From NCBI RefSeq assembly GCF_000816105.1, contig NZ_CP007140.1:932388-956387 (forward strand): 24,000 nucleotides of DNA, written 5' to 3'. The notes beneath the pieces are model-generated. The model did not search any database. It saw nothing but the letters and a program-made list of their open reading frames with translations, and was not told the DNA's origin. Below are positions 7,784 through 19,403 of this stretch, piece by piece. Made by a program: the position numbers and the translations under genes. The stretch comes from Thermococcus guaymasensis DSM 11113 (GTDB taxonomy: Archaea; Methanobacteriota_B; Thermococci; Thermococcales; Thermococcaceae). Positions within the stretch are counted from its first letter, which is position 1; every line of letters begins with the position of its first letter.

Positions 7784-8142
7784 TGGCCTTGAGGGGGCTC
7801 ATAATAAGGCAGCCCTATGCTGAATGGATAGTTGAGGGCAAGAAGATCTGGGAGATAAGGAAGTCGAGAACTCGCATCAGGGGGGAGGTGCTGATAATAA
7901 GCGGTGGAAAGGCCCTTGGAAAGGCGGAGCTCGTTGACGTCCTTGGGCCGTTTACCCCAGAAGAGCTTGCCAAGCACGGGGACAAGCACCTCGTGGACTA
8001 CCCCTTCCTCAGGGAGTACTCCAGCGGAAAGCCCCTCTACGCTTGGGTCTTCAAAAACGCAACGAAGTTCGAAAGACCCGTAGAAGTGAAACTCAAGAAA
8101 GGCGTTCAGGTCTGGGCCAACGTGGTGATCGAGGATGGATAG
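7783..8142 (+). CDS. ASCH (PUA-like) domain protein, about 119 aa
   Basis: The protein is small, and …LIIRQPYAEWIVEGKKIWEIR… is typical of the start of an ASCH domain. Its ATG overlaps the psmB stop (TGATG). Confidence 0.65.
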   Translation: MALRGLIIRQPYAEWIVEGKKIWEIRKSRTRIRGEVLIISGGKALGKAELVDVLGPFTPEELAKHGDKHLVDYPFLREYSSGKPLYAWVFKNATKFERPVEVKLKKGVQVWANVVIEDG

Positions 8143-8842
8143 AGCGAGGCGTTTCCTGTTTCCACCTCTCACGTGGCCTTTCCTGCTCCTTATAGCCCTT
8201 ACCTTCGTCCTCACCTTTGTTTTCTTCTCGAGTGCGGTCATCATGGCCTTCCACAGGCTTGGCCTTCCACCAGATGTGGCCGTTACCCTCTTCACCTTCG
8301 CGCTCGTTGGAAGCTTCATAAACATCCCCATAGCGGAAGAGGTAACGTACGAGCCCGTGATTAGGGTGAGGGAGGTTGGCTTTTTCGGGGTTCTTTATCC
8401 GGTTTCATACTTCGACTGGGAGGAGAGGAAGACGGTTATAGCCATCAACGTGGGCGGTGCCTTGGTTCCGCTGAGCATCGCTCTCTACGAGCTACTCCGC
8501 CTCGTTTACCTCGGCGAGTATGGATTGCTCATGAACACCCTCCTCGCGGTTTTAATAGCCTCTCTCCTCAGCAATGCCGTCGCGAGACCTGTCAGAGGCC
8601 TTGGAATTGTGATGCCAACGTTCTTCCCTCCTCTCATAGCGGTTCTCCTCGGTTGGCTCCTTGGGAACGGAAACCCAACACTCGTTGCCTACGTCAGCGG
8701 AACGCTTGGCGTTCTCATCGGAGCCGACCTGATGAACTGGAAGAAGATCAAGCAGCTTGGGGCACCGATGGTCAGCATAGGTGGTGCCGGAACTTTCGAC
8801 GGGGTTTTCCTCGCGGGGATAATTGCCGTCCTCCTGGTATAA
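8135..8842 (+). CDS. Polytopic membrane protein (resembles the DUF1614 family from memory, unverified)
   Basis: A 235-aa protein with multiple TM segments. Its start overlaps the ASCH gene by 8 nt. Confidence 0.55.
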   Translation: MDRARRFLFPPLTWPFLLLIALTFVLTFVFFSSAVIMAFHRLGLPPDVAVTLFTFALVGSFINIPIAEEVTYEPVIRVREVGFFGVLYPVSYFDWEERKTVIAINVGGALVPLSIALYELLRLVYLGEYGLLMNTLLAVLIASLLSNAVARPVRGLGIVMPTFFPPLIAVLLGWLLGNGNPTLVAYVSGTLGVLIGADLMNWKKIKQLGAPMVSIGGAGTFDGVFLAGIIAVLLV

Positions 8843-8897
8843 CGGTGGGTTTATAAGGCACAACTTCAACAGGAAGCCGTCAAAGGAGGTGGTTCTC

Positions 8898-9737
8898 ATG
8901 TTCGTCATAGGGAGTGGTGGAAAGCACCTTGAGCCTGGGCTGAGGAAACTGGGCGGCGAAATCCTTGATGTCGAGATAAAAAAGTTCCCGGACGGGGAGA
9001 AGTACGTCCGGGTTCTCGGCTCCGGTAAGGAGGCAACGGTCATCAGCTCCACCTTTGCACCGCAGGACGAGAAAATCGTTGAGTTGCTCCTCGTAGGGGA
9101 TGCGCTCCGCGAGAAGGGCTTTCGAAGACTCCGGGCGGTTGTTCCGTATTTTGCTTACAGCAGGCAGGATAGGGTCACAAAGGAAGGGGAACCGATAAGT
9201 GTGAGGGCGATTATGAGGGCGCTGGGCATCTACTACGACGAGCTATACATCTTTGACCTCCACAATCCCGAGACTATAAATTACTTCCCGGGCAAAGGGG
9301 TGAATGTTTCTCCGGCGAGGGTCATTGCCGAGTACTTCCGCGAGAAGCTCGGCGATGGAATAGTGCTCGCCCCAGATAAGGGTGCCCTTGGAAGGGTTAG
9401 GGCCGTTGCAAGGGAACTCGGTTTGGAGTACAGCCACTTTGAAAAGAGACGTATCTCCCCAACGGAAGTTGAGATGAGACCCGTTGACATTGACGTTAAT
9501 GGCAAGAACGTTCTCATAGTTGATGATATCATAAGCACTGGGGGAACAATGGTTAAGGCTGCTCAGATTCTTCGGAAGCTTGGTGCAGGAAAGATCTTTG
9601 TGGGTGCCACACACGGCGTCTTCGCGGAGGGAGCAGTTGAGAGGGTGAGCAGAGCGGTGGATGAGCTTGCGGTCACTAACACCATACCCACCCCAGTCTC
9701 CAAGATAAGCATTGTTCCTGAGATACTTCGCCTTTGA
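8898..9737 (+). CDS. prs: Ribose-phosphate pyrophosphokinase (PRPP synthetase), 279 aa
   Basis: PRPP-binding loop [13 protein letters not shown] and YFAYSRQDR motif. The start is set at the ATG at 8898, preceded by AGGAGGTG (8884-8891) and TTTATAA (8850-8856). The ORF-track extension to 8823 overlaps the previous gene. Confidence 0.9.
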   Translation: MFVIGSGGKHLEPGLRKLGGEILDVEIKKFPDGEKYVRVLGSGKEATVISSTFAPQDEKIVELLLVGDALREKGFRRLRAVVPYFAYSRQDRVTKEGEPISVRAIMRALGIYYDELYIFDLHNPETINYFPGKGVNVSPARVIAEYFREKLGDGIVLAPDKGALGRVRAVARELGLEYSHFEKRRISPTEVEMRPVDIDVNGKNVLIVDDIISTGGTMVKAAQILRKLGAGKIFVGATHGVFAEGAVERVSRAVDELAVTNTIPTPVSKISIVPEILRL

Positions 9738-9744
9738 CTCTAAC

Positions 9745-9860
9745 TGCAAAAATTTTTAACATTTTTATGTTTAAATTTGGCTATTTTTATTCTCGCTTTT
9801 GACGGGTTCTTACTCAAAAATCTCCCCGTTCTTGGGTTTTGCAAAAATTTTGTATCGGTG
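9745..9860 (+). promoter_or_regulatory. rRNA operon promoter region with several TATA-like boxes
   Basis: A very AT-rich stretch (AAAAATTTTTAACATTTTTATGTTTAAATTTGGCTATTTTTATTC … GCAAAAATTTTGTATC) sits immediately upstream of the GC-rich 5' leader. I cannot tell from sequence which box is used. Confidence 0.4.
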
Positions 9861-10036
9861 GAGTCCCGCACTATTGGGTGGAGCCCCCGAACAGGGGGCG
9901 AAACACCCGGGCGCCAAGACGGCGGCGTCGGGGGGAAAGGGTGCAAAGCACCCAACGATGAACCCCGCCCTCCAGCCCGGGTTACAAAAAGGTGCGCTCC
10001 CGAGGAAACGCCGAAAGGCGGACCCCTCGGGGGTAA

Positions 10037-10071
10037 GGCAGGCCCGACATCCCGACCAAACCCCGGACGGG
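10037..10071 (+). other. 5' arm of the pre-16S processing stem (bulge-helix-bulge)
   Basis: Positions 10037-10053 pair perfectly (17 bp) with 11642-11658. The central 4-bp helix GACC (10054-10057) pairs with GGTT (11635-11638). The 3-nt bulges are AAA (10058-10060) and TAA (11639-11641). The inner helix 10061-10071 pairs with 11624-11634 (11 bp). Confidence 0.8.
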
Positions 10072-10123
10072 AATTTGGTACTTCCCCGCAGAGGGAAGTC
10101 CCACCGGCCGTACTCCTTGCTCA

Positions 10124-11612
<1,489 letters not shown>

Positions 11613-11623
11613 ATCGCCGGAAA

Positions 11624-11658
11624 CCCGTCCGGGGGGTTTAAGGGATGTCGGGCCTGCC
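11624..11658 (+). other. 3' arm of the pre-16S processing stem
   Basis: Complement of 10037-10071, as described for the 5' arm. Confidence 0.8.
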
Positions 11659-11664
11659 ATCAGT

Positions 11665-11741
11665 GGGCCGGTAGCTCAGCCTGGGAGAGCGCCGGCTTTG
11701 CAAGCCGGAGGCCCCGGGTTCGAATCCCGGCCGGTCCACCA
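11665..11741 (+). tRNA. tRNA-Ala (anticodon UGC), CCA encoded, no intron
   Basis: It folds by hand into a cloverleaf. The acceptor GGGCCGG/CCGGTCC has the G3:U70 alanine identity pair. The anticodon loop is CTTTGCAAG and the T-arm is CCGGGTTCGAATCCCGG. It sits in the 16S-23S spacer. Confidence 0.97.
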
Positions 11742-11811
11742 CGAAGAGGTGCACATCCCGAGCCCAGCTCGGGGTGGAAGGGCCTGAGACCCCGAACAGG
11801 GGTCACAATGA

Positions 11812-11854
11812 GGGCCGTGCATAGGCGAGCTGGTCCAGAAAACGTCCCGCCCGG
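11812..11854 (+). other. 5' arm of the pre-23S processing stem (canonical bulge-helix-bulge)
   Basis: Positions 11812-11835 pair with 14891-14914 (24 bp, one G:U). The central helix CAGA (11836-11839) pairs with TCTG (14884-14887). The bulges are AAA (11840-11842) and AGA (14888-14890). The inner helix 11843-11854 pairs with 14872-14883 (12 bp). Confidence 0.85.
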
Positions 11855-14871
<3,017 letters not shown>

Positions 14872-14914
14872 CCGGGCGGGACGTCTGAGAGACCAGCTCG
14901 CCTATGTACGGCCC
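14872..14914 (+). other. 3' arm of the pre-23S processing stem
   Basis: Complement of 11812-11854, as described for the 5' arm. Confidence 0.85.
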
Positions 14915-15055
14915 TTGTATGGCTCATTACCGTTGCCTTTTCTGAAAAACTTAAAATTTGATCATGATTCATCATTTCAGAAACCTCAAAGATTTGCCAA
15001 GATTATGGTCTAAGTCGTTGAGTTCTTATCTTTTCATGCAATTCTCTGCCAAAAA

Positions 15056-15063
15056 CTTTAAAA
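15056..15063 (+). promoter_or_regulatory. TATA box CTTTAAAA, the only TATA-like element upstream of trpS
   Basis: It is preceded by the A-rich GCCAAAAA and is the identical 8-mer to the permease TATA at 5377-5384. It ends 24 nt before the ATG at 15087. Confidence 0.5.
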
Positions 15064-15086
15064 CCCCCACATTCTCATTTTTCTCC

Positions 15087-15116
15087 ATGTTCGGTGGTTG
15101 CTTTTGGCCTTGGTGA
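15087..15116 (+). CDS. Candidate leaderless leader mini-ORF MFGGCFWPW (9 codons plus TGA)
   Basis: ATG TTC GGT GGT TGC TTT TGG CCT TGG TGA, read directly from the sequence. It sits at the predicted transcription start of the trpS mRNA. Expression is not proven. Confidence 0.35.
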   Translation: MFGGCFWPW

Positions 15117-15181
15117 TGTCCCGCTCTTCTGCACCGCCTTAGCTTTGAGTTTTGTTTCCACTGGAAATGGAGGTGCTTTGA

Positions 15182-16333
15182 ATGGACGACTTTAAGGTCA
15201 CCCCATGGGACGTTGAGGGTCTGGTGGACTACGACAGGCTGATAGAGGAGTTTGGAACGAGCCCGCTGACCGACGAACTGCTGGAAAAGACTGCAAGGCT
15301 CACGAAGAGCGAACTGCCGATATTTTTCAGGAGGAGGTTCTTTTTCTCCCACAGAGACTACGATAAAATCCTGGCCGATTACGAGAGCGGGAAGGGGTTC
15401 TTCCTCTACACCGGCAGGGGCCCGAGCGGGCCGATGCACATAGGCCACATCATTCCGTTCTTCGCAACCAAATGGCTCCAGGAGAAGTTCGGCGTCAACC
15501 TCTACATCCAGATAACCGACGACGAGAAGTTCTTCTTCAAAGACCTTGCCCTCGACGACACCAAGCGCTGGGCCCACGAGAATATACTCGACATCATAGC
15601 CGTCGGCTTCGACCCGAACAAGACCTTCATCTTCCAGGACAGTGAGTTCACGAAGATTTACGAGATGGCCCTCCCGATAGCGAAGAAGATAAACTACTCG
15701 ATGGCCAAAGCTGTCTTTGGCTTCAACGAGCAGAGCAAGATTGGAATGATTTTCTACCCTGCCATACAGGCCGCACCGACCTTCTTCGAGAAGAAGCGCT
15801 GTTTAATTCCCGCCGCCATAGACCAGGATCCCTACTGGCGCCTGCAGAGAGACTTTGCCGAGAGCCTCGGCTACTACAAGACCGCCGCACTCCACTCGAA
15901 GTTCGTTCCGCCGCTGACGGGCCTTGAGGGGAAGATGAGCGCGTCCAAACCCGAGACGGCCGTCTATTTGACGGACGACCCGGAGGAGGCGGGCAAGAAA
16001 ATCTGGAAGTTCGCTTTAACTGGAGGTCAGCCAACGCTCAAGGAGCAGAGAGAAAAAGGTGGAAACCCAGAGAAGTGCGTCGTCTTCAAGTGGCTGGAGA
16101 TTTTCTTCGAGGAGGACGACAAGAAGCTCATGGAGCGCTATCATGCGTGTAAGGCCGGAGAGCTTACCTGCGGTGAGTGCAAGCGCTACCTCATCAAGAA
16201 GGTTCAGGCCTTCCTGAAGGAGCACCAGAAGAAGAGAAAGGAGGCCGAGAAGAAGGTGGAGAAGTTCAAATACACCGGTGAGCTGGCGAGGGAGCAGTGG
16301 GAGAAGGCGATTCCGGGGCCGTTGAAGAAGTGA
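15182..16333 (+). CDS. trpS: Tryptophanyl-tRNA synthetase, 383 aa
   Basis: Class I signatures PMHIGH (HIGH) and KMSASKP (KMSKS), archaeal/eukaryal-type TrpRS length, and SD GGAGGTG at 15169-15175. Confidence 0.95.
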   Translation: MDDFKVTPWDVEGLVDYDRLIEEFGTSPLTDELLEKTARLTKSELPIFFRRRFFFSHRDYDKILADYESGKGFFLYTGRGPSGPMHIGHIIPFFATKWLQEKFGVNLYIQITDDEKFFFKDLALDDTKRWAHENILDIIAVGFDPNKTFIFQDSEFTKIYEMALPIAKKINYSMAKAVFGFNEQSKIGMIFYPAIQAAPTFFEKKRCLIPAAIDQDPYWRLQRDFAESLGYYKTAALHSKFVPPLTGLEGKMSASKPETAVYLTDDPEEAGKKIWKFALTGGQPTLKEQREKGGNPEKCVVFKWLEIFFEEDDKKLMERYHACKAGELTCGECKRYLIKKVQAFLKEHQKKRKEAEKKVEKFKYTGELAREQWEKAIPGPLKK

Positions 16334-16351
16334 ACGAGTTAGGCCATGAAG

Positions 16352-16372
16352 TTCTTTTTGTTTCTCCGTTTT
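16352..16372 (+). terminator. Oligo-T terminator after trpS
   Basis: TTCTTTTTGTTTCTCCGTTTT begins 19 nt after the stop codon. Confidence 0.5.
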
Positions 16373-16468
16373 CGTCTCTCTTCGCGCTCTCAGGTCCTGC
16401 CGTCTCCTAAGAGATACCAGCGGGGAAAAGTACTTAACTCGCTCCTCCAATAGTGATTGGGTGAAAAC

Positions 16469-16675
16469 ATGAATCCGATATGGGGAGTTATCATGGCCGT
16501 GGTGGGCCTTTTCATGCTGGTTTCTGGCATTACTAGGAGCAACTTCATAGTTTACAGGCTCCTGGTCGCGCGCTCCAAGATGTTCTGGGGCGAAAACGTG
16601 CACCGGTTCTACCAGGCCGTGGGGACGGTTCTAATCGTTCTCGGGGTTCTGGCGGCACTTGGGGTCGTTTGGTGA
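16469..16675 (+). CDS. Small two-TM membrane protein, 68 aa
   Basis: MNPIWGVIMAVVGLFMLVSGI… and …AVGTVLIVLGVLAALGVVW form two clear hydrophobic helices. The ATG at 16469 is preferred over the TTG at 16457. No family assignment. Confidence 0.5.
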   Translation: MNPIWGVIMAVVGLFMLVSGITRSNFIVYRLLVARSKMFWGENVHRFYQAVGTVLIVLGVLAALGVVW

Positions 16676-16764
16676 CGAGAGTTCTTTAGATAACCCTCTC
16701 CGGTTCCAGGAGGGCACCGTCAGGGTTATATCTCGCAGAAGTGTTGTTCATACTGGTGGTTATC

Positions 16765-17370
16765 ATGGAGCCCATGAAAAAACGTTCGGTGAAGGCGTGG
16801 CTTGAAGAGTACTGGCCAGTCTCAACGCCATTTCTTGCTGTGTACCTGACGGTTGTGCTGGTTCTGTTCGTCCTCAAAGAAAACTTTGCCCTCTTCCTCA
16901 TCTGGCTGCAGACGCCGGTCTACTGGGTGCACCAGTTCGAGGAGTACATCTGCCCCGGCGGCTTCGTGGAGTTCTTCAACAGGAAAGTCCTAGGCTCAAA
17001 GCGGGAGGACTGGCCGCTCACAAAAACACACGCCCTTTGGATTAACGTTCCAATAATCTTCGTCGCGTTCCCGCTCTCGGCTATACTCGCGGGCCTTGTT
17101 GATATCTCAATCGGGATATGGACGGCCTATTTCTCGATCCTAAACGCCCTCTCGCACGTGGGCATGTTCTTCAGGCACGGCTACAACCCGGGCCTCGTGG
17201 CGAGCGCGCTGCTCAACATACCCATCGGCGCTTACACGGTTTACTACTTCGCCACCAGTCATCCGCTGTCGCTGGGTGCACATATCGCTGGCTTTCTCGT
17301 CGCTCTGGCGATTCAGGGCGCGCTGATGGTCTGGGGACTAAAGTTCATGAAGGCAAAGGCAACGTTATAA
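16765..17370 (+). CDS. HXXEE-domain membrane protein, about 201 aa
   Basis: Contains WVHQFEEY (HXXEE motif) within a polytopic hydrophobic protein. TTATAT at 16726-16731 is upstream. The start could be 16765 or 16774. Confidence 0.65.
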   Translation: MEPMKKRSVKAWLEEYWPVSTPFLAVYLTVVLVLFVLKENFALFLIWLQTPVYWVHQFEEYICPGGFVEFFNRKVLGSKREDWPLTKTHALWINVPIIFVAFPLSAILAGLVDISIGIWTAYFSILNALSHVGMFFRHGYNPGLVASALLNIPIGAYTVYYFATSHPLSLGAHIAGFLVALAIQGALMVWGLKFMKAKATL

Positions 17371-17481
17371 GAGAATAAAAAATCAAGAGATTTCCCGAGC
17401 CTCTAAAAGGCTGAATTAACCTTCGCCAATCTCCTCCCTTATAGACGCACGTCATGACTCTAGTCTAGTAAGGAATCTGAG

Positions 17482-17539
17482 CCGGGATGATGTGAGGGTA
17501 GGTAGCTGAGCCGTGATGAGCTAATCGGCCCCTGACCGG
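17482..17539 (+). ncRNA. C/D box sRNA (2'-O-methylation guide), dual guide, with terminal CCGG/CCGG stem
   Basis: A CCGG stem half is at 17482-17485. The variant C box ATGATGT is at 17487-17493, followed by the guide GAGGGTAGGTAG (12 nt) and D' CTGA at 17506-17509. A 3-nt spacer precedes C' GTGATGA at 17513-17519, the guide GCTAATCGGCCC (12 nt), and D CTGA at 17532-17535. The CCGG stem partner is at 17536-17539. It is intergenic. Confidence 0.85.
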
Positions 17540-17607
17540 TTCTTGTCAATTTTTCTTCCCATCGAAAGGCATTTTAACTTCCTCATGCCAACCCCTCCGG
17601 TGGTTGA

Positions 17608-18894
17608 ATGGACGCGAAGGACTTTCACAGGGGCAACTTCATAGGCAATGGCAAGATAGAGGTCATTCCGAAGGTTCCCCTCACCAGGGAGACGCTCCCG
17701 CTGGCCTACACGCCAGGCGTCGCCGAGGTGTCGCGTGAGATAAGCAGGGAACCTGAAAAGGCCTTTGAATACACCAACCGAGCCAACACGGTTGCGGTGG
17801 TGAGCGACGGGAGCAGGGTTCTCGGCCTCGGTGACATAGGGCCCCTCGGTGCTCTCCCGGTGATGGAAGGCAAGGCACTCCTCTTCAAGGCCTTTGGCGG
17901 TGTTGATGCTTTTCCGCTCGTCCTCGCCGAGAAAGAACCAGAAAGGTTCATCGAGGTCGTTAAGGCCGTTTCGCCCTCCTTCGGCGGGATAAACCTCGAA
18001 GACATAGCCTCGCCGAAGTGCTTCTACATCCTCGACAGGCTGAGAAAAGAATTAGATATCCCCGTCTTTCACGACGACCAGCAGGGGACAGCGAGCGTCG
18101 TTTTGGCGGGCCTCCTCAACGCCCTTAAGGTCGTCGGTAAGAAGCTGGGAGAGGTCAGTATCGCACTGTTCGGCGCTGGCGCTGCCGGCTTTGCAACGCT
18201 CAGGCTCCTCGTCAAGGCCGGCGTCAGGCCTGAAAACGTCCGCGTCGTTGAGCTCGTTGATGGGAAGCCGAGGGTTCTGACTTCAGACCTTCCCCTCGAA
18301 GAGCTCTTCCCGTACAGGGGAGAGCTCTTATCAAAAACGAACGGCGAGGGAATTGAAGGAGGGCCGGCTGAGGCGCTTAAGGGCGCGGACGTTTTAATAT
18401 CCTTCACAAGGCCCGGGCCGGGCGTCATAAAGCCCGAGTGGGTCAGGGGTATGGCCGACGACGCGATAGTGTTTCCTCTCGCGAACCCAACGCCGGAAAT
18501 ACTTCCCGAAGAGGCAAAGAAAGCAGGCGCGAGGATAGTTGCAACCGGGAGGAGCGACTACCCGAACCAAATTAACAACCTCCTTGGCTTCCCTGCAATC
18601 TTCCGCGGGGCTCTAGACGTAAGGGCGAGGACGATAACGGACGGCATGGTCGTGGCGGCGTCGAGGGCGATGGCCTCCCTCATAGAGCCTAGTGAGGAGG
18701 GAATAATCCCCTCACCCTTCCACCCCGACGTTCACCCCGCTGTGGCGAAGGCTGTCGCGGAGGAAGCAATGAAGGAGAAGGTTGCAAGGGTTAAGGTAAA
18801 CCTCGAGGAAGTCGAGGAGAGGCTGAGGAAGTGGCGGGAGTTCTACTCGCGCTTTATAGTCCCGATGAACAAAGAAAGGAAGCGCTACCGGTAG
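17608..18894 (+). CDS. NAD(P)-dependent malic enzyme (short prokaryotic type), 428 aa
   Basis: …VAVVSDGSRVLGLGDIGPLGALPVMEGKALLFKAFGGVDAFP… and the dinucleotide fold FGAGAAG are typical of malate oxidoreductase (decarboxylating). Confidence 0.9.
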   Translation: MDAKDFHRGNFIGNGKIEVIPKVPLTRETLPLAYTPGVAEVSREISREPEKAFEYTNRANTVAVVSDGSRVLGLGDIGPLGALPVMEGKALLFKAFGGVDAFPLVLAEKEPERFIEVVKAVSPSFGGINLEDIASPKCFYILDRLRKELDIPVFHDDQQGTASVVLAGLLNALKVVGKKLGEVSIALFGAGAAGFATLRLLVKAGVRPENVRVVELVDGKPRVLTSDLPLEELFPYRGELLSKTNGEGIEGGPAEALKGADVLISFTRPGPGVIKPEWVRGMADDAIVFPLANPTPEILPEEAKKAGARIVATGRSDYPNQINNLLGFPAIFRGALDVRARTITDGMVVAASRAMASLIEPSEEGIIPSPFHPDVHPAVAKAVAEEAMKEKVARVKVNLEEVEERLRKWREFYSRFIVPMNKERKRYR

Positions 18895-19403
18895 AGCGAG
18901 TTCCCGTGGGCGTCTATCGCGACTATAAGCGGGAAGTTCTGGACATCAAGAACCCACACCGCCTCCGGAATCCCCAGCTCTTCCAGCCAGTGGACGGCTT
19001 TAACGCGCTTTATGCTCTTGGCCGCGAGCGAGCCGGCCCCTCCAGTGAAGGCAAAGTAGACGGCCCTTCCCCTGAACGGCTCGGTGTCCATGCCCCCTTT
19101 TCCTATTATCCCCCTGACTCCAAGACCTAAAATCGTGTCGAGGTAGCCGTTCATTCTCGCGCTCGTCGTTGGTCCGGCCGAGACTATCTCGTAGCCCCCT
19201 CGGGTTTTCCTCACGACCGGCCCGCAGTGGTATATCACAGCGCCGTTCGGATTAAAGGGCAGCTCCTCCGGGGGAAGGCCCAGGATTTTTCTATGGGCGG
19301 AGTCCCTCGCCGTGTAGATTGTACCCGAGAGGTAAACTACCTCCCCAGCCCTGAGATTCAGGACGTCCTCTTCACTCAGGGGAGTTCTCAGCTTCACTGC
19401 CAC
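18885..19403 (-). CDS. Class I (Fe-S) fumarate hydratase / tartrate-dehydratase-type hydro-lyase, beta subunit
   Basis: The C-terminal-domain family sequence (…GEVVYLSGTIYTARDSAHRKI…GPTTSARM…) is present. The real start is probably GTG at 19403 or the GTG at 19397 overlapping the alpha stop (GTGA). The ORF-track ATG at 19460 lies inside the alpha gene. Confidence 0.8.
   Translation of the reverse strand: MAVKLRTPLSEEDVLNLRAGEVVYLSGTIYTARDSAHRKILGLPPEELPFNPNGAVIYHCGPVVRKTRGGYEIVSAGPTTSARMNGYLDTILGLGVRGIIGKGGMDTEPFRGRAVYFAFTGGAGSLAAKSIKRVKAVHWLEELGIPEAVWVLDVQNFPLIVAIDAHGNSLYR

Noticed and set aside
14960-14985. ATGATGA on the minus strand preceded by CTGA
   Set aside because: The spacing is wrong (D'-like box only 1 nt from the C-like box). 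No upstream C box or downstream CTGA is found.
15109-15140. C-box-like GGTGATGT in the trpS leader
   Set aside because: No CTGA D or D' box lies at the required 12-nt distance and there is no C' box, so it is not a C/D sRNA. The GGTG is discussed instead as part of the leader pairing options.
16688-16733. Inverted repeat ATAACCCT…AGGGTTAT, with an alternative CCCTC…GAGGG hairpin, between the small membrane gene and the HXXEE gene
   Set aside because: The stems are short and the right arm overlaps the TTATAT promoter element. It could be a terminator or operator, but the evidence is too thin to call.
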